From positions 1-46,782 of the forward strand of contig CAYQWK010000004.1 of NCBI GenBank assembly GCA_964420805.1: a stretch of DNA of 46,782 nt. Direction: 5' to 3'. The DNA comes from an uncultured Bifidobacteriaceae bacterium. Lineage in GTDB: Bacteria > Verrucomicrobiota > Verrucomicrobiia > Limisphaerales > SIBH01. This document shows positions 9,399-17,647 of this stretch, in pieces. A model generated the notes under the pieces. It did not search any database, had not been told where the DNA came from, and saw only the letters and a program-made list of their open reading frames with translations. The position numbers were made by a program, and so were the translations under genes. The number at the start of each line of letters is the position of its first letter. Positions within the stretch are counted from its first letter, which is position 1.

Positions 9399-10034
9399 AT
9401 GGCACTGCGATTAGGCGACGAAGCCCCGAATTTCACTGCGGACACCACCGAGGGCCGCGTCGACTTCCATGAGTGGCTCGGGGGCGCCTGGGCCGTCCTT
9501 TTTTCCCATCCGGCCGATTACACACCTGTCTGCACCACCGAGTTGGGCGCAGTTGCGAAGATGAAGCAGGAGTTCGAGCGCCGGAACGTCAAGGTCATTG
9601 CCATCAGCGTGGATCCCATCGACGCCCATCATGGCTGGATCAAAGACATCGAGGAAACGCAGTGCGCGCGCATGAACTTTCCGATCATCGCCGATCCGAA
9701 GCGCGAGGTCGCGGCCCTTTACGACATGATCCATCCCAACGCGGACACGACCTTCACCGTGCGGTCCGTCTTTGTCATCGGGCCGGACAAGAAGATCAAA
9801 CTCACGCTGACCTATCCGGCCTCCACCGGCCGCAACTTCCTCGAACTCCTGCGCGTCATCGACTCGTTGCAACTCACCGCGAAGTTCAAGGTCGCCACGC
9901 CGGCCAACTGGAGCGATGGCGAGGACTGCATCATCACCACTGCGGTCAAGGATGAGGAAATTCCTGCCCAGTTCCCGAAAGGGCACCGCCGCGTGAAGCC
10001 ATACCTCCGCTACACCCCGCAGCCGAACCGGTGA
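9399..10034 (+). CDS. 1-Cys peroxiredoxin (Prx6 type)
   Basis: From ATG 9399 it reads MALRLGDEAPNFTADTTEGRVDFHEWLGGAWAVLFSHPADYTPVCTTELG. This contains the PVCTTE peroxidatic-Cys motif. The length of about 211 aa is typical of 1-Cys Prx. Confidence 0.92.
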   Translation: MALRLGDEAPNFTADTTEGRVDFHEWLGGAWAVLFSHPADYTPVCTTELGAVAKMKQEFERRNVKVIAISVDPIDAHHGWIKDIEETQCARMNFPIIADPKREVAALYDMIHPNADTTFTVRSVFVIGPDKKIKLTLTYPASTGRNFLELLRVIDSLQLTAKFKVATPANWSDGEDCIITTAVKDEEIPAQFPKGHRRVKPYLRYTPQPNR

Positions 10035-10308
10035 TTTCTGACCGCGTCGGCGCACCTCGGTTTCTTGCTGGATGCGCATTTCTCAATGGTGGAACTCGTC
10101 GCGCTGCAACGAGTGGCGCCGCGTTAAGCGGCGCAATGGACGGACTCGCGCCGTCCTTTCCGTCCGCTCTGCGTGGACCGGGATGCCGCAGCGTGACAAC
10201 CACTACCTGCGAAAAGGTGAGATGCGCCCGTCCCGTGGCCCAATTTGAAATCCGATTCGGAATCCGGGTTGAAATGACACGCCGCCGTTTCGCAGTATCC
10301 CGCCACGT

Positions 10309-10770
10309 ATGAAATTGGACGACGCGCAACAGCGGCAGGTGGCTGGTTGGATCGAGCAGGGGTTGAAACTTTCGGACATCCAGAGCCGGATTGCCTCCGA
10401 ACTGGGCGTGTCCATGACTTACATGGACGTGCGTTTCTTGATCGATGACTTGAAGCTCAAGATCAAGGACGCCGAGTTGCCAAAAGCGGTTGCGCCGATC
10501 GTGACGGATGCGCCGGTCGCCGCACCAGTCGCGCCGGTCCCGGTGACCGCTGGTAGTGTCTCGGTGTCCGTGGACCAGGTGACGCGGGCCGGCGCGCTGG
10601 TCAGCGGCCGCGTTCGCTTCTCGGATGGCAAGGGCGCGGAATGGTTCCTCGACGAAATGGGGCGGCTGGGTCTGGCTGGGACGGAGGCCGGGTACCGTCC
10701 TTCCCCGGAGGATTTCCGCGCGTTCCAAAACGAACTGCGCGTGCAACTCGAGCGCTTGGGCTACGCCTGA
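10309..10770 (+). CDS. Hypothetical protein: helical N-domain, Pro/Ala/Val linker and a small C-domain
   Basis: 153-aa ORF with coding-like codon bias and no competing ORF. I recognised no family. Confidence 0.55.
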   Translation: MKLDDAQQRQVAGWIEQGLKLSDIQSRIASELGVSMTYMDVRFLIDDLKLKIKDAELPKAVAPIVTDAPVAAPVAPVPVTAGSVSVSVDQVTRAGALVSGRVRFSDGKGAEWFLDEMGRLGLAGTEAGYRPSPEDFRAFQNELRVQLERLGYA

Positions 10771-10779
10771 CGGCTCGGC

Positions 10780-11874
10780 TTACCGAAGCCGCGCGCGGTT
10801 CCTCCAAAGCTCCCCGGGCTTGAAGATTCCAGCCGGTGTGACGATGCCGGTGATCAATTCCGGCGGGGTGACATCGAAGCCCGGATTCCGCGCGTGGCTG
10901 GTCGGATTGGCCACGCGAACAAATGCCCGCTTCCCTCCACCCGTAATGCCCCACGCTCCCAACACCTCGTCCTCGTGTCGCTCCTCAATCGGAATATCGC
11001 GCCCGGAGCGGAGATTCCAGTCGATGGTTGAGAGGGGAATTGCGACGTAAAACGGAATCCGATGCCGGTGCGCGAGTACGGCCTTGGTGTAGGTGCCGAT
11101 TTTGTTCGCGACTTCGCCGGTGCGCCCGAGCGTGCGGTCGCTTCCGACAATTACGAGGTCGATTTCCCCGCGCGCCATCAGCAGGCCGGCCGCGTTGTCT
11201 GCGATGATCTCGTGCGAGATGCCCTGCTGCGCCAGTTCCCATGCGGTCAAGGTCGCGCCCTGGCTGCGCGGGCGGGTTTCATCGCACAGAACATGGAATC
11301 TCCGGCCCTGCTCCTGCGCGGCGTACATGGGCGCTGTCGCGCTTCCGTAATCCACGAAAGCCAGCCAACCCGCGTTGCAATGCGTAAGCACGGTGCAACC
11401 TTCGCGGATGAGCCTGGCTCCGTGCCGGCCGAGTTCCTGGCAATGGCGCGCGTCCTCATTCGCGAATTCCTCCGCCGCCGCCACGGCAAGATCTTGCTGT
11501 TCCGCCACGGTCTGGCCGGCGGCAATTTCCGCCCGCACCTGCAACATGGCATTGACGGGATCGACCGCGGTGGGCCGCGCCGCTTTGAGAATGTCGAACA
11601 CCTCGTCCACGTGCTGTTTGAATTTTCCAACGTCGCGGCCGCGGAACGTGAGCGCGCCCTGGGCGAGTCCGTAGGCTGCTGTCGCGCCGATGGCTCCAGC
11701 CCCGCGCACCACCATGTCCTTGATGGCCGCGGCGGTTTCACGGTGATTCCGGGTGCCGACGAGCTTGAACTGATGAGGAAGAAGGCGCTGCTCGATCAAC
11801 CAGACGCGGTTGGAAGCCCGGTCAAAGGTGACCGTGCGGTGGTGCTTCGTGGTTTTGCCGAGGCGGACGTTCAC
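10780..11874 (-). CDS. mtnA: S-methyl-5-thioribose-1-phosphate isomerase (eIF-2B alpha/beta/delta-like family)
   Basis: 364-aa ORF. It reads RVWLIEQRLLPHQFKLV, AIKDMVVRGAGAIGATAAYG, HCNAGWLA and VGSDRTLGRTGEVANKIGTY. This is the characteristic MtnA/eIF2B-like layout. Confidence 0.85.
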   Translation of the reverse strand: MNVRLGKTTKHHRTVTFDRASNRVWLIEQRLLPHQFKLVGTRNHRETAAAIKDMVVRGAGAIGATAAYGLAQGALTFRGRDVGKFKQHVDEVFDILKAARPTAVDPVNAMLQVRAEIAAGQTVAEQQDLAVAAAEEFANEDARHCQELGRHGARLIREGCTVLTHCNAGWLAFVDYGSATAPMYAAQEQGRRFHVLCDETRPRSQGATLTAWELAQQGISHEIIADNAAGLLMARGEIDLVIVGSDRTLGRTGEVANKIGTYTKAVLAHRHRIPFYVAIPLSTIDWNLRSGRDIPIEERHEDEVLGAWGITGGGKRAFVRVANPTSHARNPGFDVTPPELITGIVTPAGIFKPGELWRNRARLR

Positions 11875-12290
11875 GCTGCATTGCCGCGTGCCTTGAGGTT
11901 CTTGATCTTCGCGCGCACCGAGTCGAACGCGGGATGGTTGCGCACGTTCTCAAGGTCCGGATCCGAGGCGAGCCATTTGAAGTCCGAGTAACCGGCGGAC
12001 AACGCGCGGTCCAGGGTGGACAAAGCGGCCTCCGCGTCGTTGGTGAGCGAGTAACTGCACGCGAGGTTGTACAGCACGCTCGGGTCGTCAGGGAGCAACT
12101 GCGCCAGTTGCTGGTCCACCTTCAATCCGTCGTCGATGCGCCCGCGCCGGGTGTAATCATCGCCGAGGATTTGCAACGCCTCGACGTAGCCTGGATCGCG
12201 CCGGACGACGCCCTCGATGAAGGCAATCTCGACATCGAGATTGCGCTTTTCATCGCGGGAAAGTCGCTTGGGCGTTGTCTTCTTCGGCAT
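11871..12290 (-). CDS. TPR-repeat protein
   Basis: 139-aa ORF with TPR-like helices (PSVLYNLACSYSLTNDAEAALSTLDRALSAGYSD). Its stop overlaps the mtnA start by 4 nt, so the two are probably co-transcribed. Confidence 0.7.
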   Translation of the reverse strand: MPKKTTPKRLSRDEKRNLDVEIAFIEGVVRRDPGYVEALQILGDDYTRRGRIDDGLKVDQQLAQLLPDDPSVLYNLACSYSLTNDAEAALSTLDRALSAGYSDFKWLASDPDLENVRNHPAFDSVRAKIKNLKARGNAA

Positions 12291-12397
12291 ACGGCGCGGG
12301 AAGTTTTCTCACGCCCGAAGCGAAGTCAAGCGGCACGAAGGCGGTTCCGTGTTCTTGCGGTTGAATGTCCCGGCGCCATTGCCTAGCCTCGCCGCAC

Positions 12398-12784
12398 ATG
12401 ATTGTTCGCGGACTCATCAACCCCCAGCTTGCCTCGCTGCTTTGTCGCGTGCGGCACACCAATGCCCTGGTGATTGCCGACGCCGCGTTTCCGTTCTGGC
12501 CGCAGATCGAGACGGTCGATCTGGCCCTTACTCATGGCGTGCCCACCATTCCGCAGGTTCTCGAAGTGCTCTTACCCAATTGGAAATGCGGCCAGGCCTT
12601 CATGGCGGCCGAGTTCAACACCCACAACACACCGGCCCATCGGCGCGCCTTTGCCCGCGCCATCGGCGCCCCAGTCGCCTTCGAACCCCACGTCGAGTTC
12701 AAGAAGCGCGTGCCCGGTGCCATCGGCCTGGTTCGCACCGGCGACACCACGATGTACGGCAACCTCGTCCTTATCTCCGCCTGA
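12398..12784 (+). CDS. RbsD/FucU family sugar mutarotase/pyranase, paralog 1
   Basis: From ATG 12398 it reads MIVRGLINPQLASLLCRVRHTNALVIADAAFPF...GLVRTGDTTMYGNLVLISA. This matches the RbsD pattern LGHTD..V.DAG.P ... RTGE...Y.N.... Confidence 0.75.
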   Translation: MIVRGLINPQLASLLCRVRHTNALVIADAAFPFWPQIETVDLALTHGVPTIPQVLEVLLPNWKCGQAFMAAEFNTHNTPAHRRAFARAIGAPVAFEPHVEFKKRVPGAIGLVRTGDTTMYGNLVLISA

Positions 12785-12786
12785 CC

Positions 12787-13608
12787 ATGAAATCCGCTGT
12801 CACCATATCGCTCGTGCCGGAATCGCGCGGCGGCCCCTTTGTGTTTTGGGATAATCTTGCCGCGGGCTGCGCCGCCGCGGCGAAACACGGCTTCGACGCC
12901 GTCGAGTTGTTCCTGCCTTCCGCCGCCTCTTTGAAGATTCGGGAACTCGAGGATTTACTGGCCAAACACAAGCTTTCCGTGGCCGCGTTCGGCACCGGCG
13001 CGGGCTGGGTCAAGCACCGACTGCGGCTCACCGATCCCGATGCGCGCATCCGCCGCGAGGCGGAGGAATACATCGGGGCGTTCATCGACCTGGGCGCGGC
13101 GTTCGACGCGCCGGCCATTCTCGGCTCGATGCAGGGCCGCTGGGGCGAGGGTGTGAAGCGACAGCAGGCTATTGAATGGCTTGCCGAGTCCATGGAAAAC
13201 CTGGGCGCACGCGCGAAGTCGCACGGAATGCCGTTCCTATACGAGCCGCTCAACCGCTACGAGACGAACCTCTTCAACCACGTCCGTTCCACGGTCGAGT
13301 TCCTCGGCCTCCTGCGCACGAAGAACATCCGCATTCTCTGCGACCTGTTCCACATGAACATCGAGGAGGGCGACATTGCTGCTGGATTGCGCGCCGCGGG
13401 CCGGCGCTTGGGCCACGTGCATTTCGCCGACACCAACCGCCACGCCGTCGGCCTCGGTCACCTGGACATCGCCCCAGTCGCGAAGATGCTCAAGGACATG
13501 GAATTCGAGGGCTATATCTCCGCCGAGATTCTCCCGCTGCCCGACAGCGAAACCGCGGCGAAGCAGACCATGTCGAGCTTCCGCAAGGCGTTTGGGAAGA
13601 AGGCCTGA
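12787..13608 (+). CDS. Xylose-isomerase-like TIM-barrel sugar isomerase/epimerase
   Basis: ATG 12787 opens a 273-aa protein. The motifs GFDAVELF, YEPLNRYETNL, CDLFHMNIEE, LGHVHFADTNR and YISAEI give the E/D/H/E metal-ligand layout of the AP_endonuc_2/psicose-epimerase-type fold. The tracked 463-aa ORF (12217) is an out-of-frame run-in across the upstream gene. Confidence 0.85.
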   Translation: MKSAVTISLVPESRGGPFVFWDNLAAGCAAAAKHGFDAVELFLPSAASLKIRELEDLLAKHKLSVAAFGTGAGWVKHRLRLTDPDARIRREAEEYIGAFIDLGAAFDAPAILGSMQGRWGEGVKRQQAIEWLAESMENLGARAKSHGMPFLYEPLNRYETNLFNHVRSTVEFLGLLRTKNIRILCDLFHMNIEEGDIAAGLRAAGRRLGHVHFADTNRHAVGLGHLDIAPVAKMLKDMEFEGYISAEILPLPDSETAAKQTMSSFRKAFGKKA

Positions 13609-13610
13609 CC

Positions 13611-14057
13611 ATGCTGAAACACCAACTCATCCACCCGCGAATCAATGAAATCCTCGGCCGTGCCGGGCACCACGCCAAAGTCCTGATTGCCGACGGCAAT
13701 TATCCGGCCTCGACCAAGAAGGGGCCGAACGCCGAGGTTGTGTGCCTGAATCTCTCGCCCGGCGTGATCACTTGCGCGCAGGCATTGCGCGCCGTTCTCA
13801 GCGCCGTTCCGGTCGATTTGGTCAACACCATGGGCATCCCGGCTGACGATCCCTACGCCAAGGCCGGCGAACCGCCCGTGTGGAACGACTATCGTCAGAT
13901 CGTCCGCGAGGCCGGACTCAAGGTGGAACTTGAACCGATTCTAAAGTGGAATTTCTACCAGGCCGTCGAATCACCCGACCACGTTCTCACGATCCAGACC
14001 GCCGACCAGGCACTCTGGGCCAACGTGTTGCTGACCATCGGCTGCCGGCAGGCGTGA
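13611..14057 (+). CDS. RbsD/FucU family sugar mutarotase, paralog 2
   Basis: From ATG 13611 it reads MLKHQLIHPRINEILGRAGHHAKVLIADGNYP...IQTADQALWANVLLTIG. The N-terminus is FucU/RbsD-like and the length is 148 aa. Confidence 0.8.
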   Translation: MLKHQLIHPRINEILGRAGHHAKVLIADGNYPASTKKGPNAEVVCLNLSPGVITCAQALRAVLSAVPVDLVNTMGIPADDPYAKAGEPPVWNDYRQIVREAGLKVELEPILKWNFYQAVESPDHVLTIQTADQALWANVLLTIGCRQA

Positions 14058-14125
14058 AGTCGCGACCGTACGGTTTGGTTGATTGATTGCACGCGAGTAG
14101 AGGTTCCTGCCGCTCTGGCCGAATC

Positions 14126-15271
14126 TCAAAACGCCGCCTCGAACAGCGCTGCGAAGTCGGCATCGGTTACCGGCCGCGGATTGAAGCCCGCCGTCCATTG
14201 ACGCGCGGCCTCAGCGGCAAGAGCGGGGATGGCGTCGGCGCGCACGCCACAATCGCGCAGGCGCACCGGCATTCCCGCCGCGCGCAACAAGGCGTCTATT
14301 TCCGCGGCGAGCGCCTCGACTGGATTGCCGCTGCTGTTCGTCAGTCCGGCGGCGAGGGCAAGCCCGGAATACGCATCGCGTGCGGTCTCTTCCTGTCCGT
14401 TGAAGCGCACCACGTGCGGCAGCATCATGCCTGCGGCTTGGCCGTGAATGACGTTGAAGCGCGCGGTGAGCGGGTTGGCTGCGGAATGCGCCGCGCCGAG
14501 CATCGAGTTCTCAATGGCCGTGCCCGCGAGCGCCGCGCCCCATTGCATCCGGCCGCGTGCCGAGACGTCGCCAGCGTCTTGAATCACGGCGCGGAAACTC
14601 CCCGCCAGAAGCTGGAACGCCTCGCGCGAGCACATGGAAGAGAACGGGTTGCGCTTGCGGGTCACGGCGGTTTCCACGGCGTGCGCCACCGCGTCGATCC
14701 CGGTGCAGGCGGTCACGCGCGGCGGTTGCGACAGTGTCAGTATTGGGTCGAGGATCGCGACACGCGCGGCAGCCTTGGGATCAAGGCATGCCATCTTCTG
14801 GTGCGTTTCTTCATCGGCGATCAGCGCGGCGGACTGGCATTCGCTACCGGTGCCGGCGGTGGTGGGCACGGCAATGAGCGGCAGCATCGGCTGCGTAGCC
14901 TTGCCCACGCCCCAGTAATCGCGCATCCGCCCGCCGTTGGTGAGCAGGAAGTTGCAGCCCTTGGCGGTGTCCATCGAACTGCCGCCGCCCAGCCCGATGA
15001 TGACCTCCGGGCGGCATTCCCGCGCCACGGCCAGGCAGGCGTCCACGTCGCGCGTGGTGGGGTTCTCCCGCACGCGGTCGAAGATTGTCACCTGCACCCC
15101 GGTTGACCTCACTTCTTCGGCCAACTTCTCCGCGTGGCCTGCTGCGATGATTCCAGCATCCGTGACCAGCAGCGCGGATCGCGCGTTCAATTCTTTGACA
15201 AGGTCAGGAATCTTCGCCGAGGTGCCGGGGCCAAAAATCAGGCGCGTGCGCGGCTGAAAGTCGAACGGCAT
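14126..15271 (-). CDS. Iron-containing (group III) alcohol dehydrogenase
   Basis: From ATG 15271 it reads MPFDFQPRTRLIFGPGTSAKIPDLV. Motifs include GLGGGSSMDTAKG, PTTAGTGSE, GIDAVAHAVE and LGAAHSAANPL. The 48 upstream codons of the tracked ORF are unlikely to be translated. Confidence 0.88.
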   Translation of the reverse strand: MPFDFQPRTRLIFGPGTSAKIPDLVKELNARSALLVTDAGIIAAGHAEKLAEEVRSTGVQVTIFDRVRENPTTRDVDACLAVARECRPEVIIGLGGGSSMDTAKGCNFLLTNGGRMRDYWGVGKATQPMLPLIAVPTTAGTGSECQSAALIADEETHQKMACLDPKAAARVAILDPILTLSQPPRVTACTGIDAVAHAVETAVTRKRNPFSSMCSREAFQLLAGSFRAVIQDAGDVSARGRMQWGAALAGTAIENSMLGAAHSAANPLTARFNVIHGQAAGMMLPHVVRFNGQEETARDAYSGLALAAGLTNSSGNPVEALAAEIDALLRAAGMPVRLRDCGVRADAIPALAAEAARQWTAGFNPRPVTDADFAALFEAAF

Positions 15272-15405
15272 CAGGCCGTGGGCACGAATGGAAGACGCAG
15301 ATGAAACCATGACGCACAGCAGACTCAGGCGGACGGCGGGATGTTCAAGCCCAAGGTGGAAAATTCCTTCGCCCCAGGACGGGCTTCCGGCATATTCCGC
15401 CGCAC

Positions 15406-16287
15406 ATGAAGTCAATGACCGGCTACGGCTGGGGGGAAGCGGCGCAGAACGGGTTCAAGGTCACCGTCGAACTCAGCTCCGTGAACCGCAAGCAGAGCGA
15501 AATCTCGGTGAACCTCCCGCGCGAACTCGAAGTGCTTGAGGCGCAAATTCGCGACGAGTTGAACAAGCGCGTCGCCCGCGGCCGCGTGACCGCGCGGGTC
15601 GCGCTTCATGCCGGCGAGGACAAGCCAGCCACCGCCCCGCGCATCAACAAATCTATCGCCAAAGCCTACGCCAGGGAACTTCGTGCCCTGGCGCGCGAAC
15701 TCAAGCTCGCCGGCGAGGTCACGCTCGACCTCGTCGTCCGCGCACCCGGCGTGGTGGAGGCGGACTCGGATGCGCCGGACGCGGAGGATTTCTGGCCCTC
15801 GGTGGAGAAGGCGCTGCGGCCCGCGCTCGAAATGCTTGTTGCCATGCGCGAGAAGGAAGGCGCGCACCTGCGGGTGGACCTGGTCAAACGAGTTGAACTG
15901 ATGCGCAAGGCCGCGAAACGCGTCGCCCAGCGCGCGCCACAGGTCCAGCAACGCTACCGCGAGCAATTGCTGGCGCGCATCCGGAGCGCCGGCCTCGAGG
16001 CGGCGCAGATCGAGGAGGAGCGCGTGTTGAAGGAAGTGATCTTCTTCGCTGACCGCTCTGACATCACGGAGGAAATCACGCGCCTGCAAAGCCATTTCAA
16101 ACAGTTCGACGACTGCGTGAACTCGCGCGAGCCGGTGGGCCGTGCGCTGGATTTTCTGGCGCAGGAAATGAACCGCGAGATCAACACCATCGGATCGAAG
16201 GCCAACGACGAGTTGATCTCGCGCGAGGTGGTGACATTGAAGACGGAACTCGAGAAGTTCCGTGAACAGGCCCAGAACGTGGAATGA
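15406..16287 (+). CDS. yicC: YicC family stress-induced protein (endoribonuclease YicC-like)
   Basis: It starts MKSMTGYGWGEA and has the C-terminal DUF1732-type segment DITEEITRLQSHFKQF...LDFLAQEMNREINTIGSKAND. Length is 293 aa. Confidence 0.9.
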   Translation: MKSMTGYGWGEAAQNGFKVTVELSSVNRKQSEISVNLPRELEVLEAQIRDELNKRVARGRVTARVALHAGEDKPATAPRINKSIAKAYARELRALARELKLAGEVTLDLVVRAPGVVEADSDAPDAEDFWPSVEKALRPALEMLVAMREKEGAHLRVDLVKRVELMRKAAKRVAQRAPQVQQRYREQLLARIRSAGLEAAQIEEERVLKEVIFFADRSDITEEITRLQSHFKQFDDCVNSREPVGRALDFLAQEMNREINTIGSKANDELISREVVTLKTELEKFREQAQNVE

Positions 16288-17051
16288 AATCTCCCGCCCA
16301 AAACTCCGCCATCCGGGCCGGCTCACGGCGTCAACGCCGTGCGCGCCCCGCAAGTCCCGAGGCCACACGCCCGGCCGTCGCGCCAGTCCAACGTCCGCAA
16401 CCGGCACCGAAACCGGTGCCGCTGCCGGAGCCGTTGTTGGCGAGGACGCCGCTGCTTTTCGTGATCTCCGCGCCATCGGGCGGTGGCAAGACAACGCTTT
16501 GCAACGAGTTGCTGGCCGCGCGCAAGGAGATGGCCCGCGCCATCACCTGCACCACGCGCGCGCCGCGCCCTGGTGAGAAGGACGGCGTGGATTACTACTT
16601 TCTCGACGCCGGCACGTTCTTGAAGCGGGTGCAGGCCGGGCATTTTCTCGAGCACGCCACGGTGTACGGAAACAGCTACGGCACCTTGCGCTCCGAGGTG
16701 CTGGACAAGCTGCGCCAGGGCAGGGATGTGCTGCTCAACATTGATGTGCAGGGCGCGGCCAGCGTGCGCGCAAGCGTGGAGGGCGACGAAGAGTTGAAGC
16801 GGGCTTTTGTGTCCGTGTTTCTCACGCCGGCCTCGATACAGATTCTCGAGGCGCGCCTGCGCAAACGCGGGCAGGATCCCGAGACCGCCATCCAGAAGCG
16901 CCTGAGCGTGGCACGGCAGGAGGTCGCGCAATGGAAGAACTTCGATTACCTCATCATGAGCACGAGCATCGATGAAGACCTGCGGCGGATGCTCGCCATT
17001 GTGGATGCGGAGAAGATGCGGCAGGCGCGCGCGAAGGCGCCGGAGTTTTGA
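16284..17051 (+). CDS. gmk: Guanylate kinase with a possible ~60-aa Pro/Arg-rich N-terminal extension
   Basis: It has the P-loop ISAPSGGGKTTL plus TTRAPRPGEKDGVDYYF and LNIDVQGA. ATG 16284 overlaps the yicC stop as ATGA. An internal TTG start near 16434 would give a canonical-length enzyme. Confidence 0.88.
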   Translation: MKSPAQNSAIRAGSRRQRRARPASPEATRPAVAPVQRPQPAPKPVPLPEPLLARTPLLFVISAPSGGGKTTLCNELLAARKEMARAITCTTRAPRPGEKDGVDYYFLDAGTFLKRVQAGHFLEHATVYGNSYGTLRSEVLDKLRQGRDVLLNIDVQGAASVRASVEGDEELKRAFVSVFLTPASIQILEARLRKRGQDPETAIQKRLSVARQEVAQWKNFDYLIMSTSIDEDLRRMLAIVDAEKMRQARAKAPEF

Positions 17052-17078
17052 CGGAGTTTCACACCAGAAAGGCGCGGC

Positions 17079-17627
17079 ATGAATCCAGACCAATGCATCC
17101 TTCTCGGCGTGACCGGTTCGATCGCCGCGCACAAGGCGGTGGACCTCGCCAGCCTGCTGGCCAGGGACGGGTTCGATGTGCATGTGGTGATGACCGCGGA
17201 CGCGCAGCGGTTTGTCACGACGCTGCCCTTCAAGACCATGTCACGGAACCCGGTGGTCACCGATCTCTACGACGAGGAGGAAGGCTGGAAGCCGGCGCAT
17301 ATCGAACTGGCCGACCGCGCGCGGTTGCTGCTCATTGCCCCGGCCACGGCGAACGTGATCGCTAAGCTGGCGCACGGCATCGCAGATGACGCGCTGACCT
17401 GCATGGCACTGGCGTTGCAACCGGAAGCGCGGCTGGTGATCGCGCCGGCCATGAACGGAAAGATGTGGCAGCACCCGGCCACGCAGCAGAACGCCGCCAC
17501 GTTGAAGTCGCGGGGCGCGGAGTTCATCGGACCGGACAGCGGCCTGTTGTCCTGCGGTTACGAGGGCATCGGGCGGTTGATGCCTGTCGAGGCCATCGCC
17601 GCCCGGGTGCGCGAAATCATGCGGTAA
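17079..17627 (+). CDS. coaC: Phosphopantothenoylcysteine decarboxylase, a stand-alone flavoprotein (CoaC) domain
   Basis: 182 aa. It reads ILLGVTGSIAAHKAVDLASLL, VVMTADAQRFVT, IAPATANVIAKLAHGIADD and PAMNGKMWQHPATQQN. No CoaB (synthetase) half follows. Confidence 0.85.
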   Translation: MNPDQCILLGVTGSIAAHKAVDLASLLARDGFDVHVVMTADAQRFVTTLPFKTMSRNPVVTDLYDEEEGWKPAHIELADRARLLLIAPATANVIAKLAHGIADDALTCMALALQPEARLVIAPAMNGKMWQHPATQQNAATLKSRGAEFIGPDSGLLSCGYEGIGRLMPVEAIAARVREIMR

Positions 17628-17647
17628 ATGTCCGGCACGGGCCGCCC

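Noticed and set aside
12217-14057. Tracked ORFs of 463 aa (12217..13608) and 293 aa (13176..14057) that would fuse or overlap the sugar cassette genes.
   Set aside because: Their N-terminal parts are out-of-frame read-throughs of the upstream genes (Arg/Pro-rich nonsense). Recognisable protein sequence starts at ATG 12787 and ATG 13611, each 2 nt after the preceding stop.
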